Assembly: GCF_004010195.1 (NCBI RefSeq)
Contig: NC_057718.1
Span: 100,634,411-100,698,410, forward strand
Origin: Chiloscyllium plagiosum
Taxonomy: Eukaryota
Reading direction: 5' to 3'
DNA: 64,000 nucleotides
Each line of letters begins with the position of its first letter. Position 1 is the stretch's first letter. The notes beneath the pieces were generated by a model that was not told the DNA's origin, did not search any database, and saw nothing but the letters and a program-made list of their open reading frames with translations. The position numbers were made by a program, and so were the translations under genes. Shown here in pieces: positions 38,735 through 50,452 of the stretch.

Positions 38735-39575
38735 CAAAATTGTTGGAAAAATTCAACTGTTCTGGCAGCAGCTGGGAAAAGACAGCAGACTTAACGTTTC
38801 ATGTCCAGTGCCCCTTCTTCAGAACTGTTCTTATTTCTGATTTCAGCATCTGTGGTTCAGAAGATCATGACAGTACGGAAGTAGGCCATTCAGCCCATAC
38901 CACCCCTGTGATGAACATCACACCCAGACCCATCCACATCCCATAACCCTACATTTCCCATGGCTAATCCACCTAACCTACAATCCCTGGACACTATGGG
39001 CAATTTAGCATTACCAAACCACCTAAATAGCATATGAAATCGTAGAGATGTACAGCACGGAAACAGACCTTTCGATCCAACTTGTCCATGCCAACCAGAT
39101 ATCCTAATTTAATCTAGTCCTATTTGCCAGCACTTGGCCCATATCCCTCTAAACCCTTCCTGTGTAAATTCGCTGCTGTGTCAGACAGCAGTGCAGGTTT
39201 CTTTCTCTCTCACTGACCATGTGGTCTTTGCCTTTGTCTCTCTTCCTCCTTTTTTAAAGTGTCATTCTTTTGATATTTTTCCCTCTAAAGTTGCAAAACA
39301 ATGCAGCAACTTATAATTATTGCTCCTGGAATTCGAGGAAATCAGTTCCAATACCTCAAAAAAGACACTGCTCTTACAGCCACAATTCTTTCCCATCCTG
39401 CATTTGGATTACCCAGAATCCTGTGGGAAGAAACCAAAGCACCTAAAGGAAACCCACGCAGACATGGGGAGAACATGCAAACTTCAGACAGGCAGTTGCC
39501 TGAGGATGGAATTAAACCTGGGTCCCCGCACTGTAAGGCAGCTGTGCTAACTACTGAGCAACTGTGCCGTCCTTC
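38735..39575 (-). mobile_element. Composite: Penelope short repeat (38735-38830), split old HE1-like SINE (38865-39030, 39420-39575) and a CR1 3' UTR piece (39035-39160)
   Basis: Each segment matches more complete copies elsewhere in the window. Confidence 0.7.
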
Positions 39576-42500
39576 GTTTTTTTTTGCACAGGACTCTTAA
39601 GTTCTATGTTTCACAGATGTAGGTGGGTGGTTATTTGAGGTCCAATCCAAAATTATGCCTGGCAACCAGTAAATCAGTCACCCTGGTAAGAAGTTTCATG
39701 CATTTTAGATCTGGCTACTAAGTGAATCAGGATTCAAGAGTGGACACTCCTTCTGGATGTTCCAGTGAGGAACAAGAGGGGTTACATTACTGATGTTTCC
39801 CAAGATAGGAGTACAGTGTTTCAATGGGTATGCTGGTTAAGAATGGGAAGAGAGGTCTCTGCAAGATGGTGGCAATTCACTAGAACTGCCATGGACAGCT
39901 CTGCCTAACAGCCAAGGCATATTGATATTTGTTGCTATCCTTGGCTAACTTCTTTGAGAGAATTGTTAATTTAAAACTTTGAGAACACTTATTTGTTCAT
40001 ATTTTGGAGTGGGAAGGATGCCAAAGGGAAAGGGAGCAAGCAAACAGCAGCAGAGGACACTCCCCTGCAGCATCGGGCATGCCAGAGGGTGCAGCATCGG
40101 CCTCTCCCGAACCCCCCCGGGGTATTGCAGGGACCTGCAGGAATTAGCGAAGGAGAGACTTGACGCTGCCATCGAGAAGATCCGTGCCCAGATCCAACCC
40201 ATTGCATCCAGGCTGCAAAAGCATGAATGGGAGCTCCAGGGCCTCGGGGCACGGATGGAGGAGGTGGAGGGTCGAACCATGGCCTTGGAAATGGCGATTG
40301 AGTCCTCATCTGGGTGGATCCAGGCCCTGGAACAGCAAGCGTGGGCCTTGCGAGTTCAGGTTGACGACCTCGAAAATCAAGGTCAGAGGACAAATCTGTG
40401 GATTGTTGGGTTCCCCGAGGATGAAGAAGGTGGGCAGTCAGCTTCTTTGAACACTGGCTGCCACAGTGTTCTGGGCCTTCAAATTGAGTCCGGCCAGCTG
40501 CACAGTGAAAGGGCCTATCGGGTGGCGGTGCACAGGTTTGGGCCAGACAGCGCCCCCGCCTGGTCTTAGTTCACTTCGACACATACAGGAACAAGCAAAG
40601 CGTGATAGAAGTGATAGAAGCCTCCAGACCACTGAGGAAAGAGACACAGGCACTGATACACATGGGGTCAAAAATTATGTTCTTTCAAGATTTCTCAGCA
40701 GCTGTAATCCGAAAGAGAAAGTCCTTTGATGAAGTTAAGAAGAGGCAAAGGAACCTGAGCACCCAGCACTCCATGAGGTACCTCGCGGTGCTCCGTTTCA
40801 GCCACGAGGATTCAGTTTATATGTTTGACTCGGCGAATAAAGCCAAGAACTTAGTGGACACTTTAAAACAGACCAACTGATCTGAATAATATGGTTCATG
40901 TATGTCCTCTTTTCCCTTTTTTTTCCTCTCTTCCTAATAATTTGTTTCAAAAAAAACTTTGGAATATGTTGTTTTATCATGGGAAATTTTATGGGTGCTT
41001 TTTTGTTTTCCCCTTTTTTTGGTTTCCCCTTTTTTTGATTCTTTTTCTCTTTTAGTCATAATTGAGGTTGACATGGAATTGGGGATGAGTGGAGTGCTTA
41101 TCCTGATTTGTTCGTCATCTGTTGATTTAAGGATCACCTCTTTGTTCACTTGTTTAATTTGACCAATGGCTGGGCACAGTCTGGACTTGAAGGAGCTGTG
41201 AAGGGGGGGATAGGTAGGTTGAGTGCATCCTATGGGCAGCGGGGAAGAGTCTCCTGTTCAAGGTTTTACAGTTGGTTTTCTTTGTAATTTTTTGGTAGCG
41301 ATAGTAGTTTTTGTATAAACAATTTTACGACTCTTTGAGTCTCCATTTACTTGTGCGTGGCGCATTGCAAGCAGGGTTCTCCCTCTCGGGGGTTCAAGGG
41401 TCTCTGAAAGGGGATATGGCTTGTTAAATGGTGCATCTGGAACATCAAGGGAAGTCATTCGCCTGTTAAAAGGAAACAAAGTACTTTCTAGCCTTAAGAG
41501 GGAAAAGGTTGATATCGCCCTGTTGCAGGAAACCCATCTTGATGATGGGGAACACCTGAAGTTACAATAGGGGGGTTATGACCGAATATTCTTTTCATCC
41601 TTTACTACTAAAAGTAGGGGAGTGGCTATACCTATCCAGAAAAATCTTCCATTCACATTATTAAAGTAGGTGAAAGATGAGCAAGGGCAGTTAGTGATAC
41701 CTAAGGCCCTGATATATGGGGAGGAACGTGGCATCTTAAATGTCTACTGTCGCCCGGCGCATTCCCTCAAATTTTTGACTAGTGACTTCTCTAAGTTGTG
41801 TGCCATTTAGAACACGGCACCATTATTATAGGGGGGATTTCAATTGCCTTTTGGATCCAACAGTGGACAAGATGCCAAGTGGACCCTGACTATCTCTTCA
41901 CAGGCTAAGCAGGTGACTGACTTATGCAAGGAGTTGGGCCTGGTGGACATTTGGAAATGTCTTCACCCTACCAGCAGGGACTTCACCTTTTTTTTCAAAC
42001 CCATGTAAATGTCACACGGGGATTGATCTTTTTCTGGCTCCCTCAACCCTTCTGGATTCTTGTAAAATTGGGAACATAGCTATTTCTGATCATGTGGTGG
42101 TATATTTGGAGGTTAAGGCCAAGAGTGAGAGGCTAGGTTCACGGCACTAGCATCTGGATCCTTTTCTCCTCAAGAATTCCAAATTTGTGGAATACTTTTT
42201 GAGGGTGTTTCAGTAGTTTTTGACTATCAACTCAGGCACGGCTAGTAGTCCATCTATGCTATGGGAGACTGCTAAGGCCTTTTCTAAGGGATTAGCTATT
42301 TCCTACTTGGCTAGCTGGAAATGACACAAGAGGGAACAGCGACTTCTACTTGAGACGCTGGTGAAAGCTGCTGAGGCGGCACATTTTGCGAGACCTTCAG
42401 TGACCAAGTACAGCGGATCACAGCCCTCTGGGCTGCTCCGAATTCTGTATTTACACAAACCGCAAAGAGAGAACTTGCTTTTGCTAGACAAAGGCTATTC

Positions 42501-42976
42501 GAGAATGGGGATAGGCCAGGAAATATTTTGCATGTCTGACTTGGAAAAAGTGTGCACCCCAATCCATTACTGAAATTAGAGACAGTGCTGGGGTCCTTAC
42601 ATACAATGCCAAAAGGGTTAATGAGGCTTTTCGGAGTTTTTACTCTGAATTGTATTGGTCTGAAGGTTGCGAGGACAGGTGAGCAAAGATGGAAACCTAT
42701 TTTTAAGAGCTTGGGCCTCCCAGGGGTAACCTTGGAACAGTCCTCTTTCCTTAATGCCCCCTTGACAGTTCAGGAAACACAGCAGGCAGCTCGGCAACTC
42801 TAAAGTGGGAAAGCGCCTGGCCTTGATGGTCTCCCAGGTGAGTTTTACAAGGAGTTTATAGGGATCCTGTCAGGCCGATGTTTGAAATGCACAATCACTC
42901 CTATATGCCTACCACCATCTTTGCAAGAAGCTAATATTTCCCCAATTCTTAAGAAGGGGAAGGTTCCTGAGGATTG

Positions 42977-43865
42977 TGGGTTATTAAGTTTACAGATGAT
43001 ACTAAAGTCAGTGGAATGGTGGGCAGTGTGGAAGAATGTTGTAGGTTGCAGGGAGACTTGGATAAACTGCAGAATTGGACTGAGAAGTGGCAAATGGAGT
43101 TCAATGCAGCTAAATGTGAGGTGATTCATTTTGGGAAGAATAGCAGGAAGGCAGAATACTGGGTCAATGGAAAGATTCTTGGTAGTGTGGATTTTTGGTG
43201 TCCATGTACATGGATCCCTGAAAGTTGCCACCCAGGTTGATAGTACTGTTAAGAAAGCATACGGTGTTTAAGGTTTTATTGGTAGAAGATCCGAGTTCCG
43301 GAGCCATAACGTCAAGTTGCAACTGTAAACGCTAGTGAGACTTCACTTGGAGTACTGTGTGCCGTTCTGGTCGCCACATTACTGGAAGGATGTGGAAGCA
43401 TTGGAAAAGGTGCAGGAGATTTACCAGGATGTTGTCTGGTCTGGAGCGAAGGTCTCATGAGGAAAGGCTGAGGGACTTGGATCTGTTCTCATTGGACAGA
43501 AGGAGGCTAAGAGGGGATTTAATAGAGACATACAAGATGATCAGAGGATTAGATAGGGTGGACAGTGAGAGTCTTTTTCCTAGGATGATGACGTCTGCTT
43601 GTATGAGGGGCATAGCTGCAAATTGAGAGGTGATAGATTTAAGACCGATGTCAGAGGCAGGTTCTTTACTCAGAGTGGTAAGGCATGGAATGCCCTGCCT
43701 GCCAGTGTAGTTAACTCAGGCACATTAGGGGCATTTAAACAGTCCTTGCATAAGCATATGAATGATGATGGGATAGTGAAAGGTGATGGGCTTAGATTAA
43801 TTCACAGGTCGACGCAACATCGAGTGCCGAAGGGCCTGTTCTGTGCTGTACTGTTCTATGTTCTA
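42977..43865 (+). mobile_element. 5'-truncated CR1 nested in L1 ORF2
   Basis: The L1 frame ...KVPEDCG|...|WPISLLNSD is split by a CR1 segment (KFTDDTK...WQMEFN...) ending in a TGTTCTA repeat tail. Confidence 0.9.
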
Positions 43866-45446
43866 CACTGGCCCATCTCGCTATTAAATTCAGATTTTAA
43901 GATTCTGTCTAAGGTTTTGGCACTGAAATTGGAGAAGGTGTTGCTCTATATTGTCAAAGTGGACCAGACAAGTTTTATAAGAGGCCATAGGTCCTCTAAT
44001 AATATTACAGGATTTCCTTAGATGCAGAGAAAGCATTTGACTAGGTGTATCTCTAGGTGAATAGCCGTATCTCTTATGTCTTAGAGCAGTTTGGGCTGGG
44101 TGGGGTCTTTGCTAAGTGGGTGGAAGTTTTATATTGCCACCCTCTGGCTGCAATCATCACCAACGGGGTAAAGTCTGGGAATTTTAGGTTCGGCAGGGGT
44201 AGTCGTCAAAGCTGCCCCCTCTCACCGTTGTTGTTTACGTTGGTGATAAGCCTCTGGCAGAGGCCATTTGTTAAAATGTCCACATAACCGCTCCAGAAGT
44301 GGGATCAAGGGCACATAAGATTACACTATATGCAGATAACGTCCTTCTGTTTTTATCGGACCAAATGACCTCCGTACCCCATCTGATATAATGTATTAAT
44401 TCATTCGGGGCTATCTCAGGATATAAGATCAGCTTTGCAAAGTGGGAGGCTATTCCTTTGGAGACCTCAAGGAAGTGCCAGAAGTTGAAGGTGGCCCTAG
44501 GTTCCCCTTTAAGTGGTCATGAGCGGGTTTCCGATACCTAGGTATTTTTATGATCCTCATGTTTGATCGGTTATTTCGGACTAACTTTGTTCACCTGCTT
44601 GACAATGTTAAGCCGGATATTAAGAGATGGGAGGCTCTTCCAATTTCGTGGTGGGGTTGAACAGCCCTTACTAAGATGAATGTCCTTCCTCGTTTGCTTT
44701 ATCCCATGTGTGTGCTCCCAATAATGTTTCCCAGGTCAACATTGCGGAAACTTATGGGTTGGTTTAGTTCTTTCGTTTGGTGTTACAGGCAGCCCCTCAT
44801 CAAACTTACTAAATTACAGTAACCTCAAGGATGGGGAGGAGTTGATTTCCCAGACATCAGGAAGTATTAATTGAGTTCCCAGCTATCCTTTATGTGCGAT
44901 AGGGCAGGTAATGATCCAGGCTCAATATGGCTGGATACTGAGGCCTCCCAGACAAAGTGCCCTCTTATTAACCTGTTGTTCATGGATAAGATGAGGACAG
45001 TTAATGGACCACTGGAAGAACCCCATTGTGATTAATACGGTCAAGGCATGGAGGGCAATGCATCAAAGTGACAGTTGCTTATCAAGACTTTGCCACTCGC
45101 CCTCATAGATGGTATGTGAGGGTTCCAACCAGGGTTCAAGCTGTGGGAAGCGAGAGGAGTTTCCAGTTTGGAAGACTTATTTGAGGAGGAGGTTATGATG
45201 TCTTTCAAGCAACTGAGCCACAAATACGAGCTGCCCAGTTTTTCCGTTTTTTTCAGGTTAGGGATTTCATCCAGAAGAAGACTACGCTTCTCACTAAGCC
45301 CTACAATTATGGAGCACATGCCCTTGGATGTTTTCACAAATATTGTGCACCACACAATAGATCTTTTATAAGACATGGTAGCCCTTTCTGAGTTATTTGA
45401 ACACAGATTTTTCTGCTATCTTAACTAGGGCATTCGTTTATTCGGG

Positions 45447-45576
45447 AGGAGAAAGTGAGGACTGCAGATGCTGGAGATCAGAGCTGAAAATGTGTTGCTG
45501 GAAAAGCGCAGCAGGTCAGGCAGCATCCAAGGAGCAGGAGAATCAACGTTTCGGGCATAAGCCCTTCTTCAGGAAT
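45447..45576 (-). mobile_element. 130-bp Penelope-derived hammerhead-bearing unit nested at the L1 3' end
   Basis: 16-bp TSD with 2 mismatches (45431-45446 / 45577-45592). Minus core ATTC-CTGAAGA-A-GGGC-TTAT-GCCC-GAAA-CG-TT-GATT. Confidence 0.85.
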
Positions 45577-46339
45577 CGTTTGTTTATTCGGGTACATATC
45601 CATCGCTCCCGTTCTTTGTTTGGGAGCTTTGCGCCGAGCATTGTTATTTTGTGTTTGTTTTTTTTTGTAACTTAAACTTATTTATTGGTGTTGTTTTGAA
45701 CATTGTTTGTTTTGTTTCATTTTATAAGGTAGGTTAATATTTAGTAGACACTAATTGTATTGTAATTTGCGTTTTTTTATTATATTGGTATTTGTTATAT
45801 TTTTTATAACTTTATACTATTGTAAAGTCAAAAAGTTTTTTTTTAACTAATAAATATATTTACAAAAAAAACAGAATGGGAAGAAAAAAGAATGCAGATC
45901 CCAAATTCAAAGCATGATCTCCTTCACCCAGGACATTCCCATTTGTGTCTATTTTCTGTTCTGGAATAGTGAGTTTTCATTATTTTCTCTTTCAGTTTTT
46001 ATTTGCTGGGGGTTCTTTATAACTATTGTGTCAGTCATTTTGTTTTTTATGCTTCGAAAGTGTTTTGGGATTTTGTTTAAAACATTGACCATACTACATA
46101 CATGTTGAGAAACCCTAAGATTACAAAACCAAACATTTTCCCATAATGTATGTCAAACTGTGGAGTGTCACCATTTCAGTGCTGTCATTCCAACTGTCTG
46201 AGACTGAGTCAGACTGTTAGCAACCAAGGTATTACATATAGCCCAAAGTGAACTTCTGATCTTCTATCCTTACAATCACTAACAGTATTTATTTTTGCCA
46301 CAGTAAATTGCCTGACTTCACCACTGCTTCAGCTCATGC

Positions 46340-46900
46340 GCTGCTGAACCATTCAACTATATCCAAACTTAGACAACTGCAACACATTCCTGGTTCGTTC
46401 TACGTTCTACCCTCTATAAATCTGAGGCCATCCAAAACTCTGCTGCCTGTGCCCTTACTCATCCCGTTCAGCCAATACGCCCGTGTTCACTGATCTCCAC
46501 TGGCTCTCTGTCACGTACTTCCTTGATTGAAAAATTTTCCTTGTTGTGTAGTCTCTCCAAGATCTTGTCCGTCCCTATGAAATCTTGTCCAGGCCTAAAC
46601 ATTCCCAGAAATCTGTACCTGAACCTAAAATCTAAGTGTAAACCTGGCCTCTGGAGAATTCCTGATTTTAATCTCTTCATCAATAGTGGACTTGCCTTCA
46701 ATTGTCTTGGTTTTCCATTCTGGCATACCTTCCTAAACTTTTCCATCTCTCTCCACACAATCTATTGCTCTGACCCAAGCACTCCTGTCTTAATATCTCC
46801 TTTTATGGCTTAGGGCCTAACTTTACTCTAAAATGCTCTTGGAAAGTTCTTCAAATGTTTTAAAACGTTTAAAGTGTTATTTAAACACAAGTCGTTATCG
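46340..46900 (+). mobile_element. L2 LINE 3' remnant
   Basis: Decayed IQNSAA...PIxPVxxDLHWL motif, and the L2-type tail ...gtttaaagtgttatttaaacacaagtcgtt ending about 40 nt from an ESF1 donor site. Confidence 0.75.
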
Positions 46901-46942
46901 TTCTCCACAATTCATTCAGGCAACAGGCTACAAAAGGTTTAC

Positions 46943-47098
46943 CTGGAACCCAGCTTATCTCCATCTCCATGTCTTTATTTCTTTCTTCCTTTCCTTGTAT
47001 GGATTTCAATAGCTCTCTGTATTTTAAAATCTGTTCTTCAGTATCCTTCTTTGTCTTAGTTGTCGCTTGACTTTCTTCCACGCTTTTAACATCATTGT
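46943..47098 (-). CDS. ESF1: ESF1 internal coding exon (156 nt, phase 1-1)
   Basis: AG at 47099-47100, GT at 46941-46942. Reads (D)NDVKSVEESQ...EEQILKYRELLKSIQGKEERNKDMEMEISWVP. Confidence 0.94.
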
Positions 47099-47441
47099 CT
47101 AAAAGTAAGCAAACAAAGTAAATTCTCTGTGCCACAAGTCAGTACACAAATATGAAAAATATGATTCAAAAGGAATATATGAAATACATTTTATTAAATG
47201 TCCAGGAATTATGCCACTGGAAATGGCCAAAGACACATTCATGTCTCAGATACAGAAACTCCAAACAAATATTTTACATTTGGAAAATGCTGCTTAAACA
47301 GATAGGAGCAATGGATTCAGTAGAGTCAGCCAAGAACATGCCAAATTAAATTTAATGTAATCAAATATCAAGCTCAGCACGAAATAAAGAGAGACAAAAA
47401 CTCCATGGGTGACACTGAAGAACTCACAAACACAGGTGAAA

Positions 47442-47756
47442 GCACGGTGGCACTGTGGTTAGCACTGCTGCCTCACAGCGCCAGAGACCCGGGTTCAATT
47501 CCCGCCTCAGGCGACTGACTGTGTGGAGTTTGCACATTCTCCCTGTGTCTGCGTGGGTTTCCTCCGGGTGCTCCGGTTTCCTCCCACAGTCCAAAGATGT
47601 GCAGGTCAGGTGAATTGGCCATGCTAAATTGCCCGCAGTGTTAGGTAAGGGGTAGATGTAGGGGTATGGGTGGGTTGCGCTTCGGCGGGGCAGTGTGGAC
47701 TTGTTGGGCCGAAGGGCCTGTTTCCACACTAAGTAATCTAATCTAATCTAATCTAA
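47442..47756 (+). mobile_element. HE1-type V-SINE, young
   Basis: A/B boxes, V-domain, (TAATC)n tail; near reverse complement of 31937-32261. Confidence 0.95.
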
Positions 47757-48050
47757 AGCTAGAAGTCTCAGTTCACATTAAGTTACAACTATAGTAACTT
47801 GCCCCATCAGGTGTATGTGTGTGGTGATTATGAACAATGGTGACCAAATCTTACTGGCCTTGAGTTAAATTAACAGTGTCAATTGTGCGCATTCCAACAT
47901 ATCTCAGAACCCTGGACAGGAAGTGAGGCTAAGAGAAACATAGCTCAGTACATTTTCTAAGGTCCAAAGGCAGGCACAAGCAAGTCCCAGAAACACCACT
48001 GCTTTCAGTAGATGCTGAACCTCCTCCACCTAAATCAAATCCTTCTTTAC

Positions 48051-48213
48051 CTTGCTCTGATTCTTTTTCCTCTTCCATCTCTGCTTCATCATCTTCCTCA
48101 CTTGAAGATGCCAGGTATGCTTTGAAATCCATTTCCTCGATCTCATCCTTCTTAAACTGTTTCGTCAAGGTAGTGATACGCTCATGGTCAGTCTCATCCC
48201 ATGTCAGTTCTGC
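48051..48213 (-). CDS. ESF1: ESF1 internal coding exon (163 nt, phase 0-1)
   Basis: AG at 48214-48215, GT at 48049-48050. Reads AELTWDETDHERITTLTKQFKKDEIEEMDFKAYLASSSEEDDEAEMEEEKESEQ. Confidence 0.95.
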
Positions 48214-48479
48214 CTGCAAGAAAAAATGTGATTTCAGATTAAGGACAAGGTCTACCCTTATCACACAACAGACCTCAAAAGATTGTAATAATGTATTACT
48301 GATATCTCCTGCACTGTCTGGAGGTCATAGGCAAGATAACACTTGAAATTTGAATGGAAAGATTGATAATAGAGATCATTGCTGTTTCTAATTTATATTC
48401 ATGACTTAGATTCATGCAAATGATGCTTACTTTTGTGTTGTACTGCAGTCTCATAGGTATATAAAGGCCAGCATTCCAT

Positions 48480-50170
48480 TAGTCTTTCTAATTATTTTCT
48501 GCTCCCACTCATGCCACTTTAATGATCTACATATGCAGATACATAAATCTCTTCCAACTGCTACTGCTTCTAATTTTTCACTATTTGGGATTTTTTATTT
48601 CCTATCCTTTTTAGATCTATAATGGATAGCATCCCATTTGCCTGCATTGAAATCCATTCAGCAGAGTTTCACCCATTCACTTAATAGTTCTTAGTGATTT
48701 TATGCTTCCATCCACAGCACTTATGACATTGCCAATTTCTGTGCCATTGGCAAATGTGGCTTTGCATCCCATCATCTAAGTTGTTAATGAACATTATGAT
48801 TAGTTAAGGCCCCAACACAGTAAGACATTATTCACGGGATGAAGTAGAGTACTTGACTGTTATGCCACTCTCTGTCGATTGTCATTTAGCCTGTTTCCTA
48901 ACAAGGTCAATCATTTGCCTTCAATTTAATGAGTGTGAATTTTAGCGACTAGTCTTTCATGAGGAATTTTATTCAATGTCTTCATAAAAACAGCATTCAT
49001 AGACGTTCACTTAGACTCATAGTCATAGAGACATACACACAGAACCCTTTCTCTCCAACTTGTCCATGCCGACCAGATATTCTAAATTAATCTAGTTCCA
49101 TTTGTCAGCATTTGGCCCATATTCCTCAAAATCCTTCCCACTCCTATATCCATCCAGCTGCCTTTTAATGGCATATTGTAAATTCACTAACTATAGTCTT
49201 TCAAAATTCTCTCAATTTGGACACCATTACTTTAGATTAGAAAAATGTACAGTCACTTCATGACTTGAGTTGAGAGAGAAATAGAGACCTTCTGGTCTCC
49301 TTCCTATTGGAAAGATGTTGTGAAACTTGAAAGGGTTCAGAAAAGACTTACAAGCATGCTGCCAGGGTTGGAGGATTTGAGCTATAGGGAGAGGTTGAAC
49401 AGGCTGGGGCTGTTTTCCCTGGAGGGTTGGAGGCTAAGGGGGTGACCTTTTAGAGGTTTACAAAATCATGAGGGGCATAGATAGAATAAATAGACAAAGT
49501 ATTTTCCCTGGGGTGGGGGAGTCCAGAACTAGAGGGCATAGGTTTAGGGTGAGAGGGGAAAGATATAAAAGAGACCTAAGGGGCAACCTTTTCATGCAAG
49601 GGTGGTACATGGATGGAATGAACTGCCAGAGGAAGTGGTGGAGGTTGGTACAATTACAACATTTAAAAGGCATCTGGATGGGTATAATAATAGGAAGGGT
49701 TTGGAGGGATATAGCCAGGTGCTGGCAGATGGGACTAGATTGGGTTGGGATATCTGGTCGGCATGGACCAGTTGGACCAAAGGGTCTGTTTCCGTGCTGT
49801 ACATCTCTTATGACTCTACGACTCTAAATATTGTGAATATACCAGCCTCCCAATTATCCATTAATTTACTCTGTAATTCTAGGCTCTTCTTCAAAATATT
49901 CCATCAGGTTTGTTGGCATAACCTACCCTTCAGACATATATTCTGCCTCAATGTGATCGACTAAAACCTATCAAGGTGTTTAATCGCTCAGTCCTTAGTT
50001 ACAGGCTGTAGTAATTCTACAACAATACAGCATTATTTCTCCAATGCTTCTCTTTCAACTCAAGTCATGAAATGACTGCACATTTTTCTAATCTAAAGGA
50101 ATGGTACCCAAATTGACAGAATTTTGAAAGACTATAGTTAGTGCATCTACAATGTGCCTTTAAAACCCTT
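48480..50170. mobile_element. Old CR1 (-) interrupted by younger CR1 pieces (- 49015-49168; + 49290-49826)
   Basis: ORFs 49468 and 49602 are CR1 C-terminal sequence. The flanks show decayed reverse-strand CR1 RT sequence. Confidence 0.75.
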
Positions 50171-50292
50171 AGATAGGTTCTGTGGATTTGATGGCAATAT
50201 TTTCTTCACTTCTGTAATTTTCCAAACATTAATTTTAATGTTCAATTCTCTGATTTAATTCGGAGATTCAGTGCAGATTGGTAGGGATGAAG

Positions 50293-50452
50293 GAGGAGAA
50301 AGTGAGGATTGCAGATGCTGGAGATCAGAGTAGAGAGTGTGGTGCTGGAAAAGTACAGCAGGTCAGGCAGCATCCGAGGAGCAGGAGAATCGATGTTTTG
50401 AGCATAAACCCTCCGAAACATCGATTCTCCTGCTCCTCTGATGCTGCCTGAC
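50293..50452. mobile_element. Penelope-derived short unit with an internal inversion
   Basis: Perfect 15-bp TSD TTGGTAGGGATGAAG (50278-50292 / 50453-50467). 39-bp inverted arms at 50362-50400 and 50414-50452. Confidence 0.88.

Larger units (their letters stand above)
39852..45872 (+). mobile_element. Full-extent but decayed L1-clade LINE (5' UTR, ORF1 about 40018-40880, ORF2 about 41416-45430, poly(A)), antisense to ESF1
   Basis: ORF1: coiled coil plus DDLENQGQRTNLWIVGFPE and IMFFQDFS. ORF2: WNIKG, ALLQETHL, GGDFN, ISDH, KAPGLDG, PISLLNSDFKILSKVLA, LDAEKAFD, RQSCPLSPLLF, LYAD. AATAAA and A-tail at about 45849-45871. TSD AGAATGGGAAGA at 39840-39851 and 45873-45884. Confidence 0.93.

Noticed and set aside
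39979..40569. Longest ORF (196 aa) as a novel nested gene
   Set aside because: It is the frameshifted ORF1 of the TSD-bounded L1.
47442..47520. tRNA gene
   Set aside because: The A/B boxes belong to the tRNA-derived head of the HE1 SINE; there is no complete cloverleaf.
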